This document shows positions 1-13,449 of a stretch of 64,000 nucleotides of DNA, piece by piece; the first letter of the stretch is position 1, and each line of letters starts with the position of its first letter. Where the stretch lies: the NCBI RefSeq assembly GCF_963921235.1, contig NC_086107.1, forward strand, positions 109,308,001 through 109,372,000, written 5' to 3'. This DNA comes from Mobula hypostoma (taxonomy: Eukaryota). Position numbers and translations under genes: made by a program. The notes under the pieces are model-generated. The model worked only from the letters and a program-made list of their open reading frames with translations. It searched no databases and was not told the origin of the DNA.

Positions 1-955
1 GTAATATCTATTCCTGTATCAGCCAGTGCAAAATACCAAGCTCAGGATGCAGCCACGAATCGTCAAACACCGCGGTGAACATGCAGCCGTAAGGCACTGA
101 GTGATGCTCTGCTGAGTTAAAAGTGCTGTGACAATGCAAGGTGCTAGTATTTCTTGCAGCCCGAGGCTTTGCTTTACATCTGGTGCAGGAGCGACGGAGG
201 GTTTCGCTACCACACGTAGCAAATCATTGTGCCCCACGTTCAGCCTAAGGGTGTGTGTGTGTGTGTGAGTGTGTGAGTGTGTGAGTGTATGTGTGTGTGT
301 GCAACACCTGCCTGCAGCATTGCAAAATGCTCTAAATAGACTCAGTCACCAAAGGTTATGCACTCTGCCTTCCTGTCTAATCTCACTCCAAATAAAGTTT
401 CAAACCATGTACCCCTGCCGTCTAACAGAGCCCACTTCCACCTCCGTAACTAGCCCCCCCCCCAATTCATTCCCGGGACAACCCCCTTTAATTCAGCTCC
501 TCAGCAGGGTGAATTCTGCAGGTATAAAGCGTTAATCAAGCCATTTATAGACTAAAAATAAGCTGTATTCGTCACATACATATTAAAAACCGACAGTGAA
601 CTGCATCTTTTCCATCAATGACCAACACAGTGCGAATGTGCTGGGGGCAGCCCGCAAGTGTCGCCGTGCTTCTGACCCCATCGTAGCACGCCCACAACTT
701 ACTAAACTGTAATTTATTTACCTGTATGTCTTTTTTTTTTGGAATGTTGGAGGAAACCGATCCACCCGGAGGAAACCCACGTGGTCACGGGGAGAACGTA
801 CAAGCTCCTTACAGGTAGCAGCAGGAACTGAACCTGGCGCTGTACAGCCTTCCAGCCCACAATGTTGTGCCGACCGTTTAACCTACTCCAAGATCAATCT
901 AACCTTCCCCTCCCAGTTAGCCCTCTTAGAGTATTGTGTTCAGTTCCGATCACTT

Positions 956-1562
956 TGTAAGGGGTTTCTTCTTGTATGTTACTGCGCATGTTAATTAAAA
1001 TGGCTTCTTTGTTATGTTAGATGCTGAGAAAGTCTCCAGCTAGCAGTTTGCTTGGGTTATATTATAGATAACAGAGCAAATGAACCAATGGGTGTCCATG
1101 TTATTCTTTCTTGGGTTGATATGCTGTTTCATATGGCTGGGAAACGGGAGGTTTTGGTGGGGAATTGGAGGAGAGACCGTGAGAATGACGGACGTGCTGG
1201 GAGCACTCTGGTGGATCACTCCGGGTGGTCCTGAGCTGCGAGATGAGGGGGTCGGAGTGGATCGCAGGGGGAAGAAAGAAGGTCCTGAGCTCCAACTGTG
1301 TGTGCACGAAGAAATTGGACTTTGATAACTCTGGCGCCTTTTTTTTCATGCCCTTTTGTATTGTATCTCTATTAATCTCATAGTCCTAGTATGATTTATA
1401 AAGTGTAATTTGTAAAACGTACATTGTGTGCTGGCTGATGATTGGTGTTTGAAGCCGAATCAGGTGCCATTTGCGCAGCAACCGACGTAAGCGGGAGACA
1501 AGGTTGGGCTGCGGACGGGGTTTCCCCGAGATAAATACGAGCCAATATAGCTGAGCGTTACA
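956..1562. mobile_element. Solo LTR (Gypsy/ERV-like)
   Basis: TGTAA...TTACA inverted termini; 4-bp TSD ACTT (952-955 / 1563-1566). Confidence 0.8.
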
Positions 1563-1944
1563 ACTTCGTTATAAGAACATGAGAAATAGGAGCAGGAGTC
1601 GGTCAACTGGCCTGTCGAGCCTTCCCCGCCATTCAATAAGATCATGGCTGATCTGACCATGGACTCATCTCCACCTGCCTGCCTTTTCCCCATAACCCCT
1701 AATTCCCCTACTATGCAAAGATCTATCCAACCTTGTCTTAAATATATTCACTGAGGTAGCCTCCACTGCTTCATTAGGTAGAGAATTCCACAGATAAGTG
1801 TACAATATGTTTATAGGAATGTACAAACTCCCTACAGGCAGGGGCAGGAATTGAACCCAGGTCACTGGTGCAATAATAGCGTTACAATAGACTCTGCTGC
1901 TGTCCCACCACAATGTTTAATGCTACACAGAGATAAAGCACAAT

Positions 1945-2755
1945 CACTATTATGTGCTGTTTCGCATGATGTGGGCAATCATGATCTCTCACCAAGATTG
2001 TTCTTGGCAAATTTTTCTACAGAAGTGGTTTGCCATTGCTTTCTTCTGGGCAATGTCTTCACCAGACGGGTGACCACAGCCATTATCAATCAGCACATCA
2101 CACAAACTAATCTTCCGTCCTTGGACTCACTTTACACCACACATTATCGGAGCAGTGCTGCCAGGATAATCAAGGACATGACCCACCCAGCCAACACACT
2201 TTTCATCCCTCTTTCCTCCGGGAGAAGGCTCAGGAGCTTGAGGACTTGTACGGCCAGATTTGGGAACAGCTTCTTTCCAACTGTGATAAGACTGCTGAAC
2301 GGATCCTGACCCGGATCTGGGCCGTACCCTCCAAATATCCGGACCTGCCTCTCAGTTTTTTTTGCACTACCTTACTTTCCATTTTTCTATTTTCTATTTA
2401 TGATTTATAATTTAAATTTTTAATATTTACTATCGATTTGTAATCCAGGGAGCGGGAAGCACAGAATCAAATGTCGCTGTGATGATTGTACGTTCTAGTA
2501 TCAATTGTTTGGTGACAATAACGTATAAAGTATACCATTCAGAGATTGTCTGCCTGGCATCAGTGGTCACATAACCAGGATTTGTGATCTGCACCGGCTG
2601 CTCATATGACCATCCACCACCTGCTCCCATGGTTTCATGTGACCCTGATCGGGGGCTAAGCAGGTGCTACACCTTGCTCAGGGGTGACCTGCAGGCTAGC
2701 GGAGGGAAGGAGCACCTTACACCTCCTTTGGTAGAGACATGTCTCCACCCCGCCG
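1945..2755 (-). mobile_element. SINE with RTE-like tail, split by a Rex-Babar fragment (2091-2533); other copies 45742-46115 and 59665-60047
   Basis: Three homologous copies; minus-strand 3' part GCAATGGCAAACCACTTC resembles RTE-mobilised SINE tails; (ATG)n end. Confidence 0.65.
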
Positions 2756-4301
2756 CTCCAAAAAGGACACTAGGCTCTACATAAGGTGGGTGATGGGAAA
2801 TAATGAAGTAGTGGTGGAGCTAGTGGGTGGAGGTGTTGATCAGCCTTACTGCTTGGGGAAAGGAACTGTTTTTGGATCTGGTGGTCCTGGCACGGATGCT
2901 CCGTAGCCTCCTCTCACGGTAGAGTAGCAGCTAGCGTGACTCTATTACAGCTCAGAATGTTCTGGAGTTTGGAGCCATTCCGTAAGGAGCCTCTGCACGT
3001 CTTCCCCGCAGAATGCACAGTTTTTCTCCGAGTCCTCTAATTTCCCTCCCACGGTCTGAAGACCTACCAGGAAGGCTAATTCCTCATTGTAGGTTGTCCT
3101 GTGATTAGGTTAAAGTTGGTCAATTGTGCTTGTCAGGGGTTGCTAGGGTGACCCGGCTCAAAGGACCTACTCCGCACAGTATTGTGAAATTAATTAATTA
3201 ATGACGGCAGTGGGACAAACGGTCCAGGAGCAGGGTGCGTGGGATCCTTCCTGATGTTACTGGCCCTTTTCCGTCACCTTTCTGTATAGATGTCCTTGAT
3301 AGCGGGTACGCTGGTACTGATGATGTGCTGGGCAGCTTCGACTACCGGTCGGGTTAATTGTCACTGACGTATGTTGTGACATGGCGTGGATGGATGGCCA
3401 CAGGACAAGCCCATGAGATCTTTGACATCCGCAGTCCAACTTCTAATCCTCAAGAAAGAGCCTCAAATTCTCCCTTTGAGCACACGTTGTCCAGAGTTGG
3501 GAGTTGAATCCACAAGGTTCATGACTGAGAGTCAGGGTGGAATTCATGGAGACAGAATTGACATTAAGGAACACCATTTCTTTGAACAAAAAAAAAATTA
3601 TTTATTTAAAAACACAGCATGGAGCAGGCATTTCTGGCTCAATGAGCCATGCTATCCAGCAACCCAGCAGTCCTGAAGATAGATCTCGGCCCAAAACATC
3701 GACTATCTGTCCTTTTCCACGGATGCTGCCTGGCCTGCTGAGTTCCTCCAGCATTTTGTGTGTTGCACTGGATTTCCAGCATCTGCAGATTTAACACCAG
3801 TCTAATCACAGGTCAATTTCCAATGACCAGTTAGCCCACTAATTTCAAGTTTAATTGTCATTCAACCATATATGAATACCAATGAACACTGCCAAACAAA
3901 ACACCGTTACTCCAGGACCAAGGTACAAAACCCAGTACCAACAGTCATGCACAACACAAAGCACACATAGCATATAGAAACATAGAAACATAGAAAATAG
4001 GTGCAGGAGTAGGCCATTCGGCCCTTCGAGCCTGCACCGCCATTTATTATGATCATGGCTGATCATCCAACTCAGAACCCTGCCCCAGCCTTCCCTCCAT
4101 ACCCCCTGATCCCCGTAGCCACAAGGGCCATATCTAACTCCCTCTTAAATATAGCCAATGAACTGGCCTCAACTGTTTACTGTGGCAGAGAATTCCACAG
4201 ATTCACCACTCTCTGTGTGAAGAAGTTTTTCCTAATCTCAGTCCTGCTATGAAATAGCAGTTTGTCTTTGGAATCTGGGGGGAAACCAGAGCACCTGGAG
4301 C

Positions 4302-4750
4302 ACCCTGATGGCATGAACATTGACTTCTCTAACTTCTGCTAATGCCTCACCTCCCCCTCGTACCCCATCCGTTATTTATTTATATACACACATTCTTTCT
4401 CTCTCTCTCTTCCCTTTTTCTCCCTCTGTCCCACTGACTATACCCCCCTTTTCCTTCTCCCTGGGCCTCCTGTCCCATGATCCTCTCATATCCCTTTTGC
4501 CAATCACCTGTCCAGCTCTTGGCTCCATCCCTCCCCCTCCTGTCTTCTCCTATCATTTTGGATCTCCCCCTCCCCCTCCCACTTTCAAATCTCTTACTAG
4601 CTCTTCCTTCAGTTAGTCCTGACGAAGGGTCTCGGCCCAAAACATCGACTGTACCTCTTCCTAGAGATGCTGCCTGGCCTGCTGCGTTCGCCAGCAATTT
4701 TGATGTGTGTTGCTTGAATTTCCAGCATCTGCAGAATTCCTCGTGTTTGC
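4302..4750 (+). mobile_element. Penelope-like element (PLE) family 1, 3' fragment
   Basis: Starts with 'PDGMNIDFSNF' coding end, then pyrimidine tract, mutated hammerhead (4615-4650) and family tail. Confidence 0.75.
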
Positions 4751-4844
4751 ACCCGGAGGAAATGCAGGTGGCAGTGGGAAGAACATACAAACTCCTTACA
4801 GACAGCACCGGAAATGAACTCCAAACTCCATTGTCTGATCCAAT

Positions 4845-5435
4845 GCTGAAAGTATCTAAAGCAAGGTGGTACTGCTGGGGCTTTATAAGGCAATGGTCAG
4901 ACCACAAGTGGAGAATGTTGGGCAGATTCAGGCCCTTTATCTCAGAAAAGTTATGCTGGAATTGGAGAGGGTCTAGAGGAGGTTCACAAGAATTATCCCA
5001 AGAATTAAGTGGTTAACATATGAGGAGCTTTTGATGGCTCTGGGCCTGTACTTGCTGGGGTGCAAAAGACTGGTGGAGGATCTCATTGAAACCTATCGAA
5101 TATTGAAAGGCCTAGACAGAGTGGTCACTGGAGAGGATGGGAGAGTCTAGGACCAGAGGGCACCCTCAGAACAGAGTGACGTCCATTTAGAACAGAGATG
5201 AGGATCATTTTCTTTAGCCAGAAGGTGGTGAATCTGTGGAATTCATTGCCACAGACAGTCACCAAGTCATTGTGTATATTTAAAGCAGAGGTTGATAGGT
5301 TCTTGGTTAGTCAGGGCATCAATAGTTACAGGGAGAAGGCAGGAGAATGGGGTTGAGAGGGATATTAAATCAGCTACGGTAGAACGGACTCGACGGGCCG
5401 AATGACCTAATTCTGGTCCAATGCCTTATGGCCTT
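4845..5435 (+). mobile_element. CR1 LINE 3' fragment upstream of exon 1
   Basis: Degenerate CR1 ORF2 end plus 3' UTR. Confidence 0.8.
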
Positions 5436-5672
5436 AAGATAATGGGAAGGGGCGCCACTCTGAATCAATAACTTCTTTGCCACCTGACTGATTCTTGTGT
5501 GTCGGTGTCACTTTAAGACAAGTTTCATATTCGCCTGTGGTGGGAGGGAGAGAGAAAGGCTTTTGCACACGCCCACGGCACCCAGAGCGCTTGGTAAAGG
5601 AGAAACTGCAGATACGGGCAAACTAACGGAGACGTAGGCAGGGAATTGTGTTTTCTTTAAAAAGTTTTAAAA

Positions 5673-5728
5673 ATGATGAAGAAACAGTTTAATCGGATGT
5701 TACAGCTGGCAAACCATACCGCAGGAAG
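5673..5728 (+). CDS. SH3BP1: SH3BP1-like BAR-RhoGAP, coding exon 1 (MMKKQFNRMLQLANHTAG-R)
   Basis: ATG at 5673; peptide matches the family N-terminus (MKKQFNRMxQLANxTxGR); donor AG|GTAAG at 5729; phase 2. Confidence 0.9.
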
Positions 5729-7141
5729 GTAAGAGTAAAAGGATCTGCATAATGTCGTTTTGAACGCCTTTGACAATTGCTTTTTGCAGTACTCGATTAA
5801 GGAAGTTACAGTCTTGCTGGCTGATTTGACCGCTCTTCGGTTAACATTAAAAAGCAGGGAGATCCTCCCGCCGGGTCGTAAATGCCTTAAATGATGCACT
5901 GACTGGACACATCTGGGAGATGGGTGGCCGCTGGAGAATGTAGGCATGTGCCGTTTCCAGTTTTTTTTTAAATCTTCAACGCACGATCATAACCCAGAAA
6001 TGTGCTCGCAAACGCGACCCCTCGTTCTCTCCTGGTCTCCCCCCCCCCCCCACTCCTTTGTGCAATGCTCCTACTAAGCAGCTGGTCTTGGGGTTGAACC
6101 AGAAACCAGAATGGTATTTAATATCCCCGGCATACGTCGTGAAATATGCGAACTTTGCGGCAGCAATACGTGATAATGGAGAGAAAAAAATAGAATTATG
6201 GTAAATATATAATAGTTAAAAAAAAAGTAGTACAAAAAATTAGGAAATAAGAAAGAAGAGAGGTGGTGTTCATGGGTTCGATGTCCATTCAGAAATCTGA
6301 TGGCAGAGGGGAAGAAGCTGTTCCTGAATCGTTCAGTGTGTGTACCTTCAGGCTTCTGTCTCTCCTTCCTGGTGGTAGCAACGAGAAGAGGGCATGTCCT
6401 GGGTAGTGGGGGTACTTAATGATGGACGCCGCCTTTCTGAGAAAGATGTCTTGGATTCTCCGGATTTTTGGAGAGAACTTCCACACTGAGTATTAGTCAT
6501 CTCCGGCAGGACGGAATCGAACCACCCAGTACGCATTACCGCTGCCAAGTCCCTCAACACACTGACAAGGTGAAAAAATACCTTGTACCACAACCTGGAG
6601 GTGCTGGCCGCATAACTACCGAGGCAGCGACGCCAGGTGAGATTTTGGTATTCGGGGGGACTCACCCAGCAGGGAGTCTCGGTGCTGTAAATTTACCAGT
6701 CTGGCAGCCGGAGTTCTAATCCGCGACAGATGCTGGGGGATTCAAATGTAAGAAATTAAATAAATCTTGTATTTCTTTTTTTTTTAAAACTGAGGCGAGA
6801 CTTAGTAACAGTGACTATTAAGCTACTGAAATCAGAGGGGAGATCAGCCCCGTGATTAGGCTAGGGTTACATCAGTGGATTGCTCGGCGGCGCGGCTCCA
6901 GGGGCCGGAAGGGTCTGTACCACGTTGTATCTCAAAAAGGCCCAATCGATAATCACGGGCACCGTAGAGCGACTGCGCTAACCTCTATGCTACCGTGCCA
7001 GTCACACGGTGCGCGAAAGGTGATGATGTCCATGTGCGGCTCACATCTCCTGTATCTGTCAAAGGTTCTTGACACACTCAATGTAAATGTATCCAATTAG
7101 ATTGGGAGCACGAATGTCTGTTATTAAATCTTCACCCTATT

Positions 7142-7144
<3 letters not shown>

Positions 7145-7197
<53 letters not shown>

Positions 7198-7204
7198 CGC
7201 GCGC
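7145..7204. repeat. (GT)n/(GC)n microsatellite; others at 251-301, 9649-9672, 12460-12540, 38321-38390, 41572-41596
   Basis: Direct inspection. Confidence 0.95.
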
Positions 7205-7483
7205 ACCACCTGAGTTTAAAGAATCTTTGCCTAAACGGAAAATTAAGGAACCACTGTGGAATATATATTGCTTTCCTTCTAATTCTTGCATCTTTTAGAT
7301 GATGATATTGAAAGTGTCCAACATATCTGTTTGAATTCTATGACTCTTAACACATACTTCAACTGTTTTCATGAAATGTTCTTGGTTTCATCATATTGGA
7401 ACAAGAGGCCAGAGTTTCTGTGAGATTGAGGAAGTGTGTATTCATTCTTAACAAGATGCAAAGCTACTGTAATGTCCCTGCAA

Positions 7484-7945
7484 TGCACACAAAATGCTGG
7501 TGAACGCAGCAGGCCAGGCAGCATCTATAGGATGAGGTACAGTCGACGTTTCAGGCTGAGACCCTTCGTCAGGACTAACTGAAGGAAGAGCTAGTAAGAG
7601 ATTTGAAAGTGGGAGGGGGAGGGGGAGATCCAAAATGATAGGAGAAGACAGGAGGGGGAGGGATGGAGCCAAGAGCTGGACAGGTGATTGGCAAAAGGGA
7701 TACAAGGCTGGAGAAGGGGGAGGATCATGGAACGGGATGCCTAGGGGGAAAGAAGTGGGGAGGGGAGCCCAGAGGAAGATAGAGAGCAGGCAAGGAGTGA
7801 TTGTGAGAGGGACAGAGAGAGAAAAAAGATAGAGAGTAAAGGGGGGGGGGAATAATAAATAAATGAATAAATAAATAAATAAGGGATGGGGTAAGAAGAA
7901 GAGGAGGGGCATTAACGGAAGTTAGAGAAATCAATGTTGAATGTC
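7484..7945 (-). mobile_element. PLE family 1 fragment
   Basis: Close reverse-complement match to 4302-4750; 'NIDFSNFR' end. Confidence 0.75.
7541..7576 (-). ncRNA. Minimal hammerhead motif (stem II with substitutions)
   Basis: Minus strand reads AGUC-CUGACGA-A-GGGUCUCAGCCU-GAAAC-GUC-GACU. Confidence 0.6.
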
Positions 7946-8680
7946 CCTGTCTGTCTCTCTTCCTCTTCTTGGGCCCTTTGCTCCCAGTGGAGCATAGACC
8001 ACTGATGATTTCCCATCTCCATTGTCCAAAGTCGATGGTATGGTTGGAGTTCATCAATGTCTCTGCAATCCATTTTATCCACGGTATAGGCGATTGGCCT
8101 GTACATCTTCACCAGAGCCCTGTTGCCCTGCCTTACCCGATTCCACCACTTCAGTTCCAAGTTCCTGGGTGTCAATATCTCTGAGGTCCTAACCTGGACC
8201 CAATGTATCGATGTAGCTAAAAATAAGGCAAGACCACAGCCATATTTCATTAGGAGTTTGAGGAGATTTGATATGTTACCAAACATACTCACAAATTTCT
8301 ACAGATGTACCATGAACAGCATTCTGACTGGCCGCATCACTGCCTGGTTTCGGGGGTACTGTACAGGATCGAAGTAAGCTGCAGAGAGTTGTAAACTCAG
8401 TCAGCTCCATCATGGGCACCAGCCTCCATAGTACCCAGGACATCTTCAAGGAGCAATCCCTCAAAAAGGTGGCATCCATTGTTAAGGACCCCCATCACCC
8501 CCTCTTCTCATTGCTACCACCAGGGAGGAGGTGCAGGAGCATGAAGACACACACTCTGCGATTCAGGAACAGCTTCTTTCCCTCTGCCATCCAATCCCTG
8601 AATGGACATTCAACCCATGAACACAACCTCACTACTTTTTAATTTCTATTTTTGTACTACTTATTTAATTTAACTATTAT
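7945..8680 (+). mobile_element. Rex1/Babar-type LINE fragment; others at ~2091, 6105, 11500, 21680, 30935, 37833, 53060
   Basis: 'FLGVNISE.LTW', 'SILTG.ITAW', 'LLPPGRR.RS..T.RFRNSFFP.AI' motifs. Confidence 0.75.
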
Positions 8681-8888
8681 ATTTATATGTAGTGCAAAAA
8701 TAGAAACAATATTTATATAAAGTGGATGACTTTGCATTTACCAACATCGTATTTCATCTGCCAGACCCTTGTCCACTGACTTAACCTATCCATGTCTCTC
8801 TGTAGATTCTCCTCATCCCCTGCACAATATGCTCTTCCATTCAGTTTAGCTTCATGAGCAAACTTACAGAAGATACACTACACATACA

Positions 8889-9515
8889 TGGTAATGTTAC
8901 AGCTACATAGGACCCTGGTCAGGCCCCTCTGGTAATGGTACAGCTATATAGCTATATAGGACCCTGGTCAGACCCCACTTGGAGTACTGTGCTCAGTTCT
9001 GGTCACCTCACTACAGGAAGAATGTGGAAACTATAGAAAGGTTGCAGAGGAGATTTACAAGGATGCTGCCTGGATTGGGGAGCATGCCTTATGAGAATAG
9101 GTTGAGTGAACTCGGCCCTTTCTCCCTGGAGCGACGGAGGATGAGAGGTGACCTGATAGAGGCGTATAAGATGATGAGAGGCATTGATCTTGTGGATAGT
9201 CAGAGGCTTTTTCCCAGGGCTGAAATGGCTAGCAAGAGAGGGCACAGTTTTAAGGTGCTTGGAAGTAGGTACAGAGGAGATGTCAGGAGCAAGTTTTTTA
9301 CGCAGAGAGTGGTGAGTGCGTGGAGTGGGCTGCCGGTGATGGTGGTGGAGGCGGATATGATAGGGTCTTTTAAGAGACTCCTGTACAGGTATATGGAGCT
9401 CAGAAAAATAGAGGGCTACGGGTAACCCTAGGTAATTTCTAAGGTAAGGACATGTTTGGCACAGCTTTGTGGGCTGAAGGACCTGTATTGTGCTGTAGGT
9501 TTTCTCTGTTTCTCT
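8889..9515 (+). mobile_element. CR1 LINE 3' fragment
   Basis: ORF 8979..9425 'EYCAQFWSPHY...RRMRGDLIE...FFTQRVV'. Confidence 0.9.
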
Positions 9516-12495
9516 ATTCCGTAATTCAGATTTTTGCTCTATTATTATGTATTACATTGAACTGCTGCCGCAGATACAACAAATTTCACGACATATACCG
9601 GTGATATTAAACCTGATTCTGATGCACAACAAGGTCTTTGAGAGGTTGTCTCTCTCTCTCTCTCTCTCTCTCTGACTTACAAAAAAGATCCCTTAGCCAT
9701 CAGCTGAAAGCAGAAAAGAGGCCCTTGGCCAGCACTTACTCTTCAGCCAAATGCAATTGTTATCACATTGCTTTTGTTTGAGTTCGCTGAGTACACATTG
9801 TGTTCGCAGAAGTGTCACCCCTTGCACAGTGGGAGGGCAGATCAATAACTTGATGTTACAGTCTGCAGTGTTGGCATCTATAGAAATGAATAGGTAGTCG
9901 AATTTTCGGGCCGAGACCCTTCTTCAGGACTGAGAAGGAAAGAGAAAGATGCCAGAGTAAAAAGGTGGAGTGGGGAAGTGAAAGGAAGATAGCTGGAAGG
10001 AGATGGGTGGGAAAGGTCAGGGACTGGAGAAGAAGGAATCTGATAGGAAAGGAGAGTGGACTATAGGAGAAAGGGAAGGAGGAGGGGGCGAAAGGGGAAA
10101 CAGTGGACAGGTGAGAAGAAGTAAAAGTTCAGCAAATGGGGGGGGGTGGAATTTACATAATAATTTTCACAAATTCCTGTCATCTCAGACCTACCACAGT
10201 GTGCACAGTATGCAATGCTATTACAGCTCGGGGGTGTCGGAGTCCCGCGCTCAGTCCTGGCGTCCTCTATAAGGAGCGTGTACGTCCTCCCCGTGGAACG
10301 CGTGCGTTTCCTCCGGTGCTGCAGTCCACTTCCCCCCCCCCCGCCCCACTCAGTTAGCGGTTGGTAGGCTAATTGGTCATTGTAAATTGTCCTGTGATTA
10401 GGCTCGGGTTAAGTAGGTGGGTTATGGGGCAACACGGCACAAAGGGCCAGAAGGGCCTGTTCAGCACTGAATCGCTAAAAAATTAAAAAATAAAATGTAT
10501 TTTAATTATTTTACATTTAGATACAGCCCTTCCAACCTTTGATCCGTGCCACCCAGCAAACTCCAATTTAACTCTAGCCATATTGACAGGACAATTTACA
10601 ATGACTGATTAACCTATCACCTGGACGTTTTTGGACTGTGGGAGGAAACCAGAGCACCCGGAGGAAACCCACGTGGTCATGGGGAGAACGTACAAACTCC
10701 TTACAGACAGTGGCGGGACTTGAACCCGGGCCGCTGGTACTGTAAAGCCCCGTGTTAACCACGACACTCCAGTCCATTTCATCTTCAAGTCTTCCCAATT
10801 TCAGCAGACCCATCTTCACCATTTTTTTTGAGATCATTGCCGGCAGAAGGATGTCTGGTGTGTGACAAAGTTGCTAAATGGCATCTTGGTGCGGTCACCA
10901 GCGACTTGAATCATATCCCTCCCAGCTCAGCCCTGTGAACTGTAGAACGCTGCTCTCACTATGACACGAGAGGAATCACTCCACTGCCTCTTGGTCTGAT
11001 GTGGTGCTTGACTCTGAGCCTGGAGTTTGTTCTGGGTGCAGAGGATCCCAAACGTTAAATGATTTCGGATGTCCCCAAAGTCCCTCCTTAATTAGCTTTC
11101 AGCCATTTTCACTGTCTATTGGCAGATCCCTAAATTTTCCCCACACAGCATATTCCAGACATCTTAGCTGCCCTTTCTTTTATCTGCGACATTCTCCCTC
11201 AGGGATTCAACAAGTTTCTGAAACAAAGTCAAACTCGACAGGGATACACAAATAATGTCTTCCTAAAGCACAGCTGCCTGTGCCTGACCCGTGTCCCTCT
11301 CTTCTCGCTCCTACCGTTGGGCGCAAGGTTCTGGAGCCCTGACCAGCTGCATTTGCCTCACTTTTGAGGTCTCTGCACTTCCTGCTCTGTGTGTTATTTG
11401 TTCATATCTTTATTGTTTGCACGATTCGTTTTATTTTGCAATTTGGATGTTTGACAGTCTTTGTAATGTGGGTTTTTTTATTTGATTCTGTTGCATTTTT
11501 TTCATAATCAGGTTTATCATCACCAGCATGTGTCATGAAATTTGTTAACTTAGCAGCAGCAGTTCAAAGCAATATGTAATATAGAAGAAAAAATACAAAA
11601 TAATAATAATTACAGTATATATATATAGAATAGATTAAAAATCGTGCAAAAAAAACCAGAAATATATATTTAAAAAGTGAGGTAGTCTCCAAGGGTTCAA
11701 TGTCCATTTAGGAATTGGATGGCAGAGGGGAAGAAGCTGTTCCTGAATCGCTGAGTGAGTGCCTTCAGGCTTCTGTACCTCCTACCTGATGGTAACAGTT
11801 GAGTGAAGGGCATGCCCTGGGCGCTGGAGGGTCCTTAATAATGGACGCTGCCTTTCTGAGACACCGCTCCCTGAAGATGTCCTAGGTACTTTGTACCCAA
11901 GATGGAGCCGACTAAATTTACAACCCTCTGCAGCTTCTTTCGGTCCTGTGCATTAGCCCCACACCCCCATACCAGACAGTGATGCAGCCTGTCAGAATGC
12001 TCTCCACGCTACATCTATAGAAGCTTTTGAGTGTATTTGTTGACATGCCAGATCTCTTCAAATTCCTAATGAAGTATAGACGCTGTCTTGCCTTCTTCAT
12101 AACTGCATTGATCTGTTGGGAGCAGATTAGATCCTCAGAGATCTTGACACCCAGGAACTTGGGACTGCTCACTCTCTCCTTGTGTAGCTGCATTCAAGAA
12201 GATGAATCTCAAGGTTGGATATGCTATACATACTTCGTTAATAAATGTACTTTGAAATTAACGTCAGGATCCTGGACAAGAGAAAATCTGCAGATGCTAG
12301 AACTCCGAGCAACACACACAAAATGCTGGAGGAACCCAGCAGGCCAGGCGGCATCCATGGAGAAAAGTACAGTCGACGTTTCAGCTTGTACTTTTATCGA
12401 CTGTACTTTATTCCCCATAGATGCTGCCTGGCCTGCTGAGTTCCTCCAGCATTGATTTTGTGTGCGCGTGTGCGCTTGTGTGTGTGCGCGTGCGC

Positions 12496-12547
<52 letters not shown>

Positions 12548-13449
12548 CAGGATCCTGGTACCAATCCCAACCATTTTCGAAGTTCAAAGTAAATTTATTT
12601 AAGTTCGAAGTACGCATATGTCACCATGTACTGTACTACCCTGAGATTCATTTTCTTGCCAGCATTCACAGGAAAAATAAATGAATAAAGTAGAATTTGT
12701 GAAAAACTATAAATAAGGAAGTCTGACGAACAACCAATGTGCAAAAGAAGACAAATCATGCAAATAATATAAACAACTAAAATACTGAGTTGTAGTAAGC
12801 CTAAAGGTTGTGGTATCAGTTTAACATTGAGGTGAGTGAAATTATCCAAGATGGTTCCTTGAACGGATTCCATGGTTGTCTTTTTTTCATGGCAGTCTGT
12901 GGAAAGATGAATCTCGGGGGTGTATATTGCATGCATGCTTTGATCCTGATGGTTGAGGGGTAGTAACTTTCCTGAACCCGGTGGAGTGGGACCTGAGGCT
13001 CCTGTAACGCCTGCCCGATGGCAGCGGCGAGAAGAGAACTTGGCTTGGATGGTGGGGGTCCTTGATGATGGATACTACTTTCTTGTGACAGCACCCCTTG
13101 TAAATTTGTTCAATGATGGGGAGGGATTATCTCCTGCTGAAGGATGGAACAGTTTGGCAGCACCCTAGACTGTAATTACGTTTATTTTCCATGCTGTTTT
13201 AGAGAGAGAAATTCTCTTTTTCTCCTGTCAATTTCTACAATATTATGCCGTAAAATCCACAGACTATTAAAATCAAGTTCTGAATTGAATGCTCTTAGTT
13301 ATTGTAACATCCCTATAGCAAGGAGCCCAGGACAGCCATTTGCTGTCGAGCAAACACAAGGAATTCTGCAGATGCTGGAAATTCAAGCAACACACATCAA
13401 AGTTGCTGGTGAAGGCAGCAGGCCAGGCAGCATCTCTAGGAAGAGGTAC

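Noticed and set aside
23..88. Possible small exon (AG...GTAAGG) upstream of the gene
   Set aside because: No recognisable peptide or linking evidence; could be UTR but unsupported
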